Shown: piece by piece, positions 11,357-20,781 of the stretch
Layout: each line of letters begins with the position of its first letter
Numbering within the stretch: the stretch's first letter is position 1
Assembly (NCBI GenBank): GCA_963764715.1
Contig: CAVXTP010000017.1
Span: 65,524 to 129,523, forward strand
Source: an uncultured Acidobacteriota bacterium
Lineage (GTDB): Bacteria; Acidobacteriota; Thermoanaerobaculia; UBA5066; Gp7-AA6
Direction of reading: 5' to 3'
Length of the DNA: 64,000 nt
The notes under the pieces: generated by a model
Database searches by the model: none
What the model was told of the DNA's origin: nothing
Seen by the model: only the letters and a program-made list of their open reading frames with translations
Translations under genes and position numbers: made by a program

Positions 11357-12439
11357 GTGACCCTCCGCCGCATCCTGCACGTCGACATGGACGCGTTCTA
11401 CGCGTCCGTCGAACAGCGCGACGATCCGTCGTTGAAGGGCCGGCCGGTCGCGGTGGGCGGTTCTCCGGAGAGCCGCGGGGTGGTCGCGGCGGCGAGCTAC
11501 GAGGCGCGCAAGTTCGGCGTGCGTTCCGCCATCCCGATGGCCCGGGCCGTGCGGCTGTGCCCGGAGCTGACGATCCTGCGCCCGGACTTCAAGAAGTACG
11601 CGGCCGTCTCCGAGCAGGTCTTCGGCATCTTCCGCAGCGTGACGCCGCTCGTCGAGCCGCTCTCGCTCGACGAGGCGTATCTCGACGTCACGGAGAACTC
11701 CCTCGGCCTGCCGCTCGGCGTCGAGGTGGCGCGGCACCTCAAGCGGCGGATCCACGAGGAGACCCGCCTGACCGCCTCGGCCGGGGTCGCGCCGAACAAG
11801 TTCCTCGCCAAGATCGCCTCGGGCTGGAAGAAGCCGGACGGCCTGACCGTGATCGCGCCGGAGCGCGTCGAGCGGTTCCTCCAGGAGCTCCCGGTCGACG
11901 CCCTCTGGGGCGTCGGTCCCGTGACGGCCGGCCGGCTCCGGGCCGCCGGGATCCACCGTCTCGTCGACGTGCGCACCGCGCCGGCCGACGTGCTCCAGCG
12001 GGCCGTCGGAAGCTGGGCGGAGTCGCTCCGCCGCCTTTCCTTCGGCGAGGACGACCGGACGGTGGAGCCCAACCGGGAGCGCAAGTCGATCGGCTGCGAG
12101 GAGACGTACGCGAAGGACCTCCAGGACCTCGCGGCGATCGCGGGCGAGGTCGAGCGGCTGGCCCGCCGCACCGCCTCGATCCTCGAACGCAAGGCGCTCT
12201 TCGCGCGCACGGTGACGCTCAAGCTGCGATACGCCGACTTCACGACGATCACCCGGAGCGGCACGCAGGACCCCGCCTCGCGCGACGCCGACGGGATCGC
12301 CGCAAGGGCGGCCGCGCTGCTGGCGAAAACCGAGGCGGGAACCCGCCCGGTCCGCCTGCTCGGCGTCTCCGTCCACGGTCTCGCCTCCGAGCCCACCCCC
12401 GATGACGCCGAGCCGGACGATCTCCTGCCGCTCTCGTGA
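11357..12439 (+). CDS. dinB: DNA polymerase IV (Y-family translesion polymerase)
   Basis: The N-terminus ...RRILHVDMDAFYASVEQRDDPSLKGRPVAVGG...SYEARKFGVRSAIPMARA is the canonical DinB start. GTG at 11357 is preferred; an alternative in-frame ATG at 11318 would add 13 residues. Confidence 0.9.
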   Translation: MTLRRILHVDMDAFYASVEQRDDPSLKGRPVAVGGSPESRGVVAAASYEARKFGVRSAIPMARAVRLCPELTILRPDFKKYAAVSEQVFGIFRSVTPLVEPLSLDEAYLDVTENSLGLPLGVEVARHLKRRIHEETRLTASAGVAPNKFLAKIASGWKKPDGLTVIAPERVERFLQELPVDALWGVGPVTAGRLRAAGIHRLVDVRTAPADVLQRAVGSWAESLRRLSFGEDDRTVEPNRERKSIGCEETYAKDLQDLAAIAGEVERLARRTASILERKALFARTVTLKLRYADFTTITRSGTQDPASRDADGIAARAAALLAKTEAGTRPVRLLGVSVHGLASEPTPDDAEPDDLLPLS

Positions 12440-12540
12440 CTGCGCTCGCGGCGCGGCCCCGAGGGCGGCCGCAAGCCGGCCACCGGAGGCAGGCCCCCGA
12501 CCGTAGGCAACGCCGGCCGTAGGCCGGCGGTAACCCAGGG

Positions 12541-12626
12541 CCGCCCCTACGACGGGGTTCAATACGGGAGTTCAAGATGTCGCGGGATCGCTCTGGTCGT
12601 AGGGGCGGGGCTCGTCCCCGCCCTAC
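12541..12626. repeat. REP-like palindromic element, second copy, downstream of dinB
   Basis: GGGCCGCCCCTAC ... GTCGTAGGGGCGGGGctcgtCCCCGCCCTAC. It is preceded by the GCCGGCCgtaGGCCGGC mini-hairpin at ~12510-12530. Confidence 0.7.
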
Positions 12627-13477
12627 TTCCCTGTCGTAATTCCTTTTCGAATGGAGGCGAGCGGCGCGGCGTCGTCGTAGACGGTCCGGCGGCCGTCCGC
12701 CGAGACGCCGAGCTCCTTCCACAGGGCCTCGAGGTCCACTCTGGTCGCCGCCTTTCCGAGCTTCGCGTAGAGCTCCGACAGGACCGGCACCCCCGTGGCG
12801 CGGTCGCCCGCCGCGAGGGCGCGCTCGATCGGCCACGAGACCGTGACGTTGCCCCCGGCCCTCACGATCCCGCGGAGCGCGTCGTCGAGCGATTTCCGGT
12901 TCCCCGTCCGCCTGCGGATCTCGACGTCGGCGAGAAAGCAGAAGGCGGCGCCTCCCCAGTACGTCGAGCCCCAGCTCCGGGCCTCGTCGAGGCCCGTGCT
13001 CCCGATCCCCTCGATCCCCTTCGGCAGGCCCCACAAGAGCCAGCGCCAGATCTCGTCCGGAGCGATGAGTCCCGCGCGGGCGCGGGCGAGCGGCTCGACG
13101 TACGTCGCGAGCCCTTCCTCGATCCACTCGTGGCCCGTCATCGAGGGAAAGGCGAGGTGCACCATCTCGTGGACGAGCACCCAGCTCGTCGCGAGGTCCT
13201 CGGCCGTGGTGTCTTCGCCGGCGGTGATCACGATCGCGGCCCGCCCCCGGTCGCCGAACGTGCGGCCCCCGGCGATCCCCCCGGCGCGGCCGGTGCGGAT
13301 CGTCAGGTCGACGCTCTCGACCGGGAACCCGCCGTAGTACACCGCCACGGCGCGAGCGGCTTTCCCGACCCACGCGAGCAGGTCGGCGCGCGACGGCGAG
13401 TCGCCGGCGCCCGCGAACGACACCTCGATCGTTCCGCCGGGAACCTCGATTCGGGAATCCGCCGGGGTCGCGAGCAA
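12623..13477 (-). CDS. HExxH zinc-metallopeptidase-like hypothetical protein
   Basis: 284 aa with HEMVH and a downstream E (WIEEGLATYVEP). The track start is TTG at 13477. A signal-peptide-like stretch continues in frame upstream (see findings). Confidence 0.55.
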   Translation of the reverse strand: MLATPADSRIEVPGGTIEVSFAGAGDSPSRADLLAWVGKAARAVAVYYGGFPVESVDLTIRTGRAGGIAGGRTFGDRGRAAIVITAGEDTTAEDLATSWVLVHEMVHLAFPSMTGHEWIEEGLATYVEPLARARAGLIAPDEIWRWLLWGLPKGIEGIGSTGLDEARSWGSTYWGGAAFCFLADVEIRRRTGNRKSLDDALRGIVRAGGNVTVSWPIERALAAGDRATGVPVLSELYAKLGKAATRVDLEALWKELGVSADGRRTVYDDAAPLASIRKGITTGK

Positions 13478-13517
13478 GGCCGCCGCGAGCGCCAGGGAAA
13501 GGATCGCCGAGGGCCTT

Positions 13518-14858
13518 CTAGCGCTTGTCCATCGGCTTGAACGGCCGCTCGCCCGGACCGAGGTACACCTGCCGCGGCCGCGCGATCTTCTCCTCCGGGT
13601 CCTCGAGGAGCTCCCCCCACTGCGCGAGCCAGCCGGAGGTGCGCGGGATCGCGAAGAGGACCGTGAAGGCCGCCGTCGGCAGGCCGATCGCCTGGTAGAT
13701 CAGGCCCGAGTAGAAGTCGACGTTGGGATAGAGCTTGCGCTTGACGAAGTACTCGTCCTGGAGGGCGATGCGCTCGAGCTCGAGCGCGATGTCGAGGAGC
13801 GGGTTGCGTCCCGTGACCTCGAAGACCTCCTCGGCCATCTTCTTGATGATCTTGGCGCGCGGGTCGAAGTTCTTGTAGACGCGGTGCCCGAACCCCATCA
13901 GCCGCTTCTCGCCCTTGCCTTCCTTGACTTCTTTGATGAACCCCGGCACCCGCGAAGTCGAACCGATCTCCGCCAGCATCTTCAGAACTTCCTCGTTGGC
14001 CCCGCCGTGGAGCGGCCCGTAGAGGGCCGCGGCCGCGCCCGCGAGCGCCGAGTAGGGGTCCGTGTGCGCCGAGCCGATCCCGCGCATGGCGTTGGTGCCG
14101 CAGTTCTGCTCGTGGTCCGCGTGGAGGATGAAGAGGACGTCGAGCGCGCGCACCAGTGTCGGGTTCGGCTTGTAGTTCTCGGCGGGCGTCTTGAAGAGCA
14201 TCGTGAGGAAGTTCGAGGTGTAGTCCAGGTCGTTCGAGGGGTAGACGTAGGGCATCCCCATCGAGTGCTTGTAGGCGAACGCCGCGATCGTCGGCATCTT
14301 GGCGATCAGGCGGTGGACCTGCTTGGTCCGCACGGCCGGGTCGTGGACCTCGCGCCCTTCGGGGTAGAAGGTCGACATCGCGGCGACCGTCGCGATCAGC
14401 ATCCCCATCGGGTGCGCGTCGTAGTTAAACGCGTCCATGACCTTCTTCAGGCTCTCGTGGATCATCGTGTGGTACGTGATCGCGTGGACCCACTCGTCGT
14501 ACTGCTTGCGGTTCGGCAGCTCGCCGTAGAGGAGCAGGTACGCGACCTCGAGGTAGGTGCACTTCTCGGCCAGCACCTCGATCGGGTAGCCGCGGTACTG
14601 CAGGATTCCCTTGTCGCCGTCGATGAAGGTGATGCGGCTCGTGCACGAGGCCGTGTTCAGGAACGCGGGGTCGTAGGCCATCAGGCCGAAGTCCTCGGGC
14701 CCGGTCTTGATCTGCCGCAGGTCCATCGCCTTGATCGTGCCGTTCTTTATCGGGACCTCGTAGACGCGCCCGGTTCGCTCGTCTTTGATCGTCAGCGCGT
14801 CCTTGCGCGTGCCGGCGGTCGACATCGTCTCTTCCTTCGCCGTTTCCACGGTGGCCAT
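13518..14858 (-). CDS. gltA: Citrate synthase (type II)
   Basis: 446-aa translation with GFGHRVYKNFDPRA and HADHEQNCGT (catalytic His/Asp), classic citrate synthase. Confidence 0.93.
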   Translation of the reverse strand: MATVETAKEETMSTAGTRKDALTIKDERTGRVYEVPIKNGTIKAMDLRQIKTGPEDFGLMAYDPAFLNTASCTSRITFIDGDKGILQYRGYPIEVLAEKCTYLEVAYLLLYGELPNRKQYDEWVHAITYHTMIHESLKKVMDAFNYDAHPMGMLIATVAAMSTFYPEGREVHDPAVRTKQVHRLIAKMPTIAAFAYKHSMGMPYVYPSNDLDYTSNFLTMLFKTPAENYKPNPTLVRALDVLFILHADHEQNCGTNAMRGIGSAHTDPYSALAGAAAALYGPLHGGANEEVLKMLAEIGSTSRVPGFIKEVKEGKGEKRLMGFGHRVYKNFDPRAKIIKKMAEEVFEVTGRNPLLDIALELERIALQDEYFVKRKLYPNVDFYSGLIYQAIGLPTAAFTVLFAIPRTSGWLAQWGELLEDPEEKIARPRQVYLGPGERPFKPMDKR

Positions 14859-14904
14859 GAGAACCTCCGAGTCTTATTCTCTAACGAAAGCCTGCAACGC
14901 GTGC

Positions 14905-16244
14905 CTATGTCCGGCTCAGGCCCCGATCGAGGTGCTCGATCAGGACGTCGGGGCCTTCGAGCCCCACCGACAGCCGGATCAGCCCCGGGGTGATCCCCCG
15001 GGCGAGGCGGTCGGCCTCGGGCACGGCCGAGTGGGTCATCGACGCCGGGTGCTGGATGTACGAGATCGCGGAGCCGAGGCTCACGGCGAGCTCCATCGGG
15101 GTGTCCCGGCGGGCGAAGTAGTTCATCAGACGCTCCCCGGCGGGGGCTCCCCCGGCGAGGTCGAAGCTGATGACCCCGCCGCCGCGGCGCATCTGCCGGC
15201 GGGCGAGATCGGCCTGCGGGAAATCCGGGAACCCGGGGTAGTGGACGTGGGCGACTTCCGGGTGGCCGCGCAGGAACCCCGCGATGAGCGCGGCGCTCCG
15301 GCACTGCTCCTTCTGTCGCACGGCCAGGCTCTGCACGGTCATGGAGTTCAGCCAGGAGTCGAACGGCGAGGGGGTCGCCCCCAGATCCTTGTACCAGTTG
15401 AAGAGGCCTTCCTTCATGAACCGGAACGGGCCGAGCACCGCCCCGCCGACCGACGTCGAATGCCCGTTGACGTACTTGGTCAGCGAGTGCAGCACGAAGT
15501 CCGCGCCGAGGCGGAAGGGCTGCTGGAGGTAGGGCGAACAGAACGTGTTGTCGACGGCGAGCAGGATGCCGCGCTCCTCGGTCAGGCGCGAGATGCGCTC
15601 GATGTCGGCCAGGCGCAGCGTCGGGTTCTCGGGGCTCTCGAGGAAGACGAGCGCGACGTTCGGGTGCTCGTCGAGGGCGGCTTCGACGGCCGCGAGGTTT
15701 CCCATGTCGCAGAAGACGGAGCCCACGCCGAACTTGGCCATTCCGCGGAGCAGGCTGTCCGTGCAGCCGTAGACGTTGCCCGCGAGGACCGTGTCGCCGG
15801 CGCTCAAGACCGAGGCGAAGAGCGCGGAGACGGCGCCCATGCCGGAGGAAAAGATGAGGGTGCCGATCGTCGGCTCGAGCTCGTCCGCGGCCAGGGCCTT
15901 CTCGACGACGTGGTGGGCCTCGAGCTGGAAGAGGACGCGCTCGAGGTACTCGGTCGTCGGGTTGCCGAGGCGCGTGTAGATCCGGGCGTAGGGCCGCTCA
16001 CCCCCCCGGGTCAGCCCGAGGAAGCGGTCGGCGCCGTCCCGCACGCTGCGGAAGGCGAAGTTGGACCGCTGGTGGATCGGGGGCAGGCCGGTGCCCGCCG
16101 CGAGGGCGCGGAACACTCCCTCGGAAAGCTGCCGCTCTTCGTCCCGCACCCACCGGGTCTTCCGGTCTATCCACCAGTCCCACCAGGGCCAGCGACCGGC
16201 TCCCAGGGCCGAGACCAGACCGGGGCGCACCGTCTGGGTTTCCA
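14905..16244 (-). CDS. PLP-dependent Cys/Met-metabolism enzyme (cystathionine gamma-synthase / methionine gamma-lyase / O-acylhomoserine sulfhydrylase family)
   Basis: ...VDNTFCSPYLQQPFRLGADFVLHSLTKYVNGHSTSVGG (PLP lysine in SLTKY). Start taken at the ATG at 16244 (METQTV...). The longer track ORF is upstream run-on. Confidence 0.85.
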
Positions 16245-16348
16245 TGAGAATGGAATACCCCAGGACGATGAGGCCGGGACGATGCGTTTGCATCAAGTTC
16301 GGGCGGAACCTCTCCCGGACGGGCGCGTCTCCCCGCCGGGAGGCCGAC

Positions 16349-17389
16349 ATGCGCCGGTTCCTTTCGCGTCTTGCCGCCGGGGCCCTGCTGGCCGCGGCCG
16401 CGACAGCCGCCCCGGGCCTTCGCCCGGACCCCCCCGCCCCGCCTCCGGGAGTCCCGGCCGAGGACCGGATCCGGCTCGCCGAGGCCTTTCGGCTGGCCGA
16501 CCACGTCGGGGACCGGATCTGGCCGGGCTGGAGCCGCGTCCCGTTCGCCGTGCTCCTCGTCACCGGCGAGACCGAGTACTTCGTCCGCCACGCAAGGCCT
16601 CCCGCGGACGCCCGGCCGATCGGAAGGGACCCCCTGCTCGGCTCCGAGATCTATGCCCGCCCGAGGAGCCTCCCGACGAATCTGCTCGCGACCTTCCCGA
16701 TCGAGGGCATCTCGACCGTCGTCGTCGGACAGGCCTCGAACACCGCGGCGGGCTCGCCGACCGACTGGGTCGTGACGCTCCTCCACGAGCACTTTCATCA
16801 GCTCCAGGACGCGCAGCCGGGATTCACCGAAAAAGTCGCCGCGCTCGGCCTCGCGCGCGGCGACGCGACGGGGATGTGGATGCTGAACTTTCCGTTCCCC
16901 TACGATTCGAAGCCCGTCGGCGAGGCCTACCGCGCGGCCGCCTCGGCGCTGCGCGAGGCCGTCGCCGGCGCCGATCCTGCGGCCTTCCTGGCCGCGCGGG
17001 CGAGGCTGCGCGCGACGCTCGCGCCGGACGACCTTCGGTACTTCGACTTCCAGCTCTGGAAGGAGGGCGTGGCGCGGTACACGCAGGTGCGCGTGGCGCG
17101 CTTCGCGGCCTCCGGGTACGCGCCGCTTCCCGACTTCGCGGCCCTGCCCGGGTTCGTGACGTACGCGGCCCTCGCGCAATCGCTCGCCGGCGCGATCTCG
17201 ACCGAGCTTTCCGAGCTCTCGCTGACCGAGGCGCGGCGCGTCGTCGTCTACCCGCTCGGCGCGGGCGAGGCGTTCCTGCTCGACCGCGAGCGGCCGTGCT
17301 GGCGGGAAGAATATTTTTCCAGGATGTTCACGCTGGCGCCCGCCTTCGATCGAAAGGATTGCGGGAAGGGGACGGCCGCGAGAGGATAG
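16349..17389 (+). CDS. Secreted hypothetical protein (signal peptide MRRFLSRLAAGALLAAAATAAPG; HEHFHQ motif)
   Basis: Good GC3 bias and an N-terminal signal peptide. No family recognised. Confidence 0.5.
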   Translation: MRRFLSRLAAGALLAAAATAAPGLRPDPPAPPPGVPAEDRIRLAEAFRLADHVGDRIWPGWSRVPFAVLLVTGETEYFVRHARPPADARPIGRDPLLGSEIYARPRSLPTNLLATFPIEGISTVVVGQASNTAAGSPTDWVVTLLHEHFHQLQDAQPGFTEKVAALGLARGDATGMWMLNFPFPYDSKPVGEAYRAAASALREAVAGADPAAFLAARARLRATLAPDDLRYFDFQLWKEGVARYTQVRVARFAASGYAPLPDFAALPGFVTYAALAQSLAGAISTELSELSLTEARRVVVYPLGAGEAFLLDRERPCWREEYFSRMFTLAPAFDRKDCGKGTAARG

Positions 17390-17394
17390 CGGCC

Positions 17395-17865
17395 ATGACG
17401 ACACCGGCCGCGAGCCTCCAGGACACTTACGCGCCCCAGAACCGCTGCTTCGGTTGCGGGCCCGCCAACGAGAAGGGCCTCCGCATCAAGAGCTTCGTCG
17501 AGGGTGACACGGTCGTGGCCGAGTGGCGGCCGCAGCCCCATCACCTCGCCTTCGAGGGCGTGCTGAACGGCGGAATCTGCGGGGCGCTCCTCGACTGCCA
17601 CAGCAACTGGGCGGCGACGTACCATCTGATGAAGCAGTCCGGCAGCTCCACCCCGCCCTCCACGGTGACGGCGGATTTCCACGTGACGCTCAAGCGGCCC
17701 ACGCCTCTGGACGTTCCCCTGAAGCTGACCGCGCGCGTGGTCGAGTCGACGGAGGACCGGGCCGTCGTCGAGGCGACCATCGAGGCCAACGGCAAGGTCA
17801 CGGCGACCTGCCGCGGGACCTTCGTGGCCGTCCAGCCGGGCCACCCCGCGTACCACCGGTGGTGA
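17395..17865 (+). CDS. Hotdog-fold acyl-CoA thioesterase (PaaI/4HBT family)
   Basis: 156 aa; the motif ...GVLNGGICGALLDCHSNWAA... matches the PaaI-type thioesterase core. Confidence 0.7.
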   Translation: MTTPAASLQDTYAPQNRCFGCGPANEKGLRIKSFVEGDTVVAEWRPQPHHLAFEGVLNGGICGALLDCHSNWAATYHLMKQSGSSTPPSTVTADFHVTLKRPTPLDVPLKLTARVVESTEDRAVVEATIEANGKVTATCRGTFVAVQPGHPAYHRW

Positions 17866-18611
17866 GCGCCAGGCTGTCCCGGCGCCTGGCGGCGCTCCTG
17901 CTCTGCGCCCTTCCGGCGGCCGCGCTGGCGGGCGCGACCGTCGAGAAACGCACCGTGACCTCGCGCGGGAAGAAGCGCACCTACTACCTGTATGTCCCCG
18001 ACGGCCTCGCCGCCGACCGGAAGGCGCCCCTCCTCGTGACCGTCCACGGCTCTACGGCCGACGGCCGCTCGCTCGTCGAGCGCTGGAAGGAGATGGCCTC
18101 CGCGAAGGGAATCATCCTCGCCGGCCCCGACGCGACGGACAACGCGCGCTGGGCGTCGCCCCAGGACGGCCCGCTGTTCCTCAAGGACGTCGTCGACGAC
18201 GTCTCCGCGAGCCACGCGGTCGACGGCCGCCGCATGTATCTCTTCGGCCAGTCCGCCGGGGCGGTCTTCGCCCTGCAGATGGCGGTCCTCGAATCCGAGT
18301 ACTTCGCGGCCGCCGCCATCCACGCCGGGGCCATCAGCTCGGACTACTTCTCGATCTTCGACGCCGCGACCCGCAAGATCCCGCTCGCGATCTACATCGG
18401 CACGCGCGACCAGTTCTTCCCGCTCGACGTCGTGCGGGCCACGAGCGAGGCCCTGAAGGCGCGCGACTTCCCCCTGCTCTACAAGGAGATCCCGGACCAC
18501 CGGCACAGCTACGCCGAGGTGTCCGAAAAGATCAACCCCGAGATCTGGGAGTACTTCGAGAGCCACCCCCTCCCGGCCGACCCCCGCTACATCAACTACC
18601 GGGACCCCTGA
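17862..18611 (+). CDS. Secreted alpha/beta-hydrolase esterase (PHB-depolymerase/LpqC-like family)
   Basis: GTG start overlaps the upstream stop. It has a signal peptide and a GQSAG nucleophile elbow (LFGQSAGAVFA). Confidence 0.7.
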   Translation: MSARLSRRLAALLLCALPAAALAGATVEKRTVTSRGKKRTYYLYVPDGLAADRKAPLLVTVHGSTADGRSLVERWKEMASAKGIILAGPDATDNARWASPQDGPLFLKDVVDDVSASHAVDGRRMYLFGQSAGAVFALQMAVLESEYFAAAAIHAGAISSDYFSIFDAATRKIPLAIYIGTRDQFFPLDVVRATSEALKARDFPLLYKEIPDHRHSYAEVSEKINPEIWEYFESHPLPADPRYINYRDP

Positions 18612-18665
18612 GCCGGGCCTGGCGGTAAGATCGGCCGCACGAACCCCGAAGTCGTCGCCGCCATC

Positions 18666-19610
18666 GTGAATCTCCGTGCGAAGGGCGTCCTCTCGGACGC
18701 GCAGGCGGAAGCGTTCGCCCCGGTCGCCCGCGGAGAACGCCTCTCCATTCGTGGTGAGCTGCGGCTCCTTCTCTACGGCGGCGTTCTGCTCCTCGCCGGA
18801 GGCATCGGCCTCTTCCTGAAGGAGAACCACGAGCGCCTCGGCCCGGCCCTCATCGCCGCGCTCGCCGGCGCGGCCGCCCTGGGCTGCTTTGCCTACGTCG
18901 TCCGACGCGCGCCCCCCTTCTCCTGGGGCCCGGTCGCGTCGCCCCACATCGCGGTCGACTACCTGCTGCTGCTCGCCATGCTCGTCTTCGCCGCCGACCT
19001 CGCCTACGTCGAGACGCAGTTCCGGCTCCTCGGGCCGAACTGGCCCTATCACCTGCTCGTCGTCGCGATCGCTGGCTTCGCGGCGGCGTACCGCTTCGAC
19101 TCGCGCGCCGTGCTGACCCTCGCGCTGACCTCGTTCGCGGCGTGGCGCGGGGTCTCGGTCGGAATGCCCTTCGCCGACGGAGGGGCGGCGACCGGCTCGC
19201 CCGGCGCCGTCCGCGCCAACGCGATCGCCTGCGGGCTCCTCTACGTCGCGGCCGGAATCGTCTCCGTGCGATGGCGGCGCAAGGCCCACTTCGAGCCGGT
19301 CTGGGTGACGGGGGGCCTCGTCCTCGTCTTCGGCGCGCTGCTGTCCGGTGCGTGGGGGCACGGATCCGAGCCGTGGCCCCTCTGGGAGGCCGCGCTCTTC
19401 CTCCTCGCGGCCGTCGTCATGGCGATCGCCTACCGGCTCCGCCGGCCGCTCGACTTCGCGATCGCCCTCGCCGCCGTCTACCTCGGCGGCCTGCGCGCGC
19501 TCGAAGGCCTCATCTCGGGCCCCGACGACATGCTGATCGTCGCGGCCTGGAGCATCGGCGCGCTCGTCGTCCTCATCGCCGCGACACGGCGGCTGCGGAG
19601 AACGGAGTGA
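18666..19610 (+). CDS. Polytopic membrane protein (DUF2157-like)
   Basis: 314 aa and highly hydrophobic, with about 8 TM segments. Confidence 0.55.
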   Translation: MNLRAKGVLSDAQAEAFAPVARGERLSIRGELRLLLYGGVLLLAGGIGLFLKENHERLGPALIAALAGAAALGCFAYVVRRAPPFSWGPVASPHIAVDYLLLLAMLVFAADLAYVETQFRLLGPNWPYHLLVVAIAGFAAAYRFDSRAVLTLALTSFAAWRGVSVGMPFADGGAATGSPGAVRANAIACGLLYVAAGIVSVRWRRKAHFEPVWVTGGLVLVFGALLSGAWGHGSEPWPLWEAALFLLAAVVMAIAYRLRRPLDFAIALAAVYLGGLRALEGLISGPDDMLIVAAWSIGALVVLIAATRRLRRTE

Positions 19611-20779
19611 AGAGCGCCTGGGCGGCGACCTCGCGGGCCGAAGCGGTCCGGGACGCGGCGCGCGGCTGGAAGGGCGCGGGAGCGATCGACGCCCCCGCCC
19701 TCGCCGCCATCCAGGCCGAGTATCCCGAGCCGCGGATCGCCCTCCACCGGGCGTGGCGGGTGCTCGTGTTCGTGCTCGTCTCGATCGCAACCGGCGCGGT
19801 CTTCGGCGTGTTCCACGGCAACGACGACATCCTCGCGCCCTGTCTCGTCTTCGGCGCGGCCCTCGCCGTGGCGACCGAGGTGCTCCGAGGCTCGCGCCTG
19901 TCGGGGACCGGGGCCGACGCCGCCACCGCGTCCTGGGCGACGGGATTCCTGCTCGCCGCGGCCGCCATCTTCCTGACGGATCGCCTCCACTTCGAAAGCG
20001 ACGACGCCGTCACCCTCGTCCTCGCGGCCGCGGTCCTCCTCGGTGCGCTGGCGGCGTGGCGCTGGGGATTCTGGTTCTTCGCCGCGGCGGCAATGGGGGC
20101 GTTCTTCTTTGCCGTCGCGCGGCAGCCCTTCGCGCGCAGCGCCTGGATCGTGCTCTCGATCCTCGCCATGGCCGCGACCTACCGCCGCCTCGATCGCGCC
20201 GCGATCGCGCCGGCGCACCGGTCCGGGCTCGCCGCCGTTTTCGCGGCATCCGCGGCCGCCCTGTACGCCGCGACGAACCTCTACTCCTTCGACATGCTGC
20301 TCGTGGAGCGCATCCGGCTCTCGCTGTCCGGCGGGGCCCGGCTGTCCGCTTCCGGGGCTTCGCCCGTCCGCATCGTCGCGATCCTCGCGACGGCGGCCTT
20401 CCCCGTCGTGTTCCTCGCCTGGGGAATCCGGGCCCGGCGCACGCTGCTTCTCGGGATCGGGATCGTCTCGGCCGCGCTCTCGGTCGCGACGTTCCGAAAC
20501 GAGTTCCCGATAGGGCCGCGTTGGGCGTTTCTCACGGCGTGCGGCGCCGTCCTCGTCGGCGCGGCGCTCTGGATCCACCGGCGGCTGCGCGAGGCACCCG
20601 GCCGGACCTGGCGCGGCCTCACGGCGGAGCCGCTGTATTCGGACGCCGAGCCCGGCATCTCGCCGCTCGGGGCCCTCGGCGCTCACTTCGCCGGGCCCGC
20701 GGCGCCCCACGAGCCGGAAAGCGGCCTCGCGACGGGCGGCGGGGAGTTCGGCGGCGGCGGTGCGTCGGGCCAGTACTAA
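19607..20779 (+). CDS. Polytopic membrane protein (DUF4401-like), translationally coupled to the preceding gene
   Basis: The GTG at 19607 overlaps the upstream stop. Multiple TM helices and a C-terminal Gly-rich tail. Confidence 0.5.
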   Translation: MKSAWAATSRAEAVRDAARGWKGAGAIDAPALAAIQAEYPEPRIALHRAWRVLVFVLVSIATGAVFGVFHGNDDILAPCLVFGAALAVATEVLRGSRLSGTGADAATASWATGFLLAAAAIFLTDRLHFESDDAVTLVLAAAVLLGALAAWRWGFWFFAAAAMGAFFFAVARQPFARSAWIVLSILAMAATYRRLDRAAIAPAHRSGLAAVFAASAAALYAATNLYSFDMLLVERIRLSLSGGARLSASGASPVRIVAILATAAFPVVFLAWGIRARRTLLLGIGIVSAALSVATFRNEFPIGPRWAFLTACGAVLVGAALWIHRRLREAPGRTWRGLTAEPLYSDAEPGISPLGALGAHFAGPAAPHEPESGLATGGGEFGGGGASGQY

Positions 20780-20781
20780 GG

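Noticed and set aside
14785-17865. 1026-aa plus-strand ORF
   Set aside because: It is a composite: most is antisense to the CGS-like gene, and only the last ~156 codons (from 17395) form a real gene, the PaaI thioesterase.
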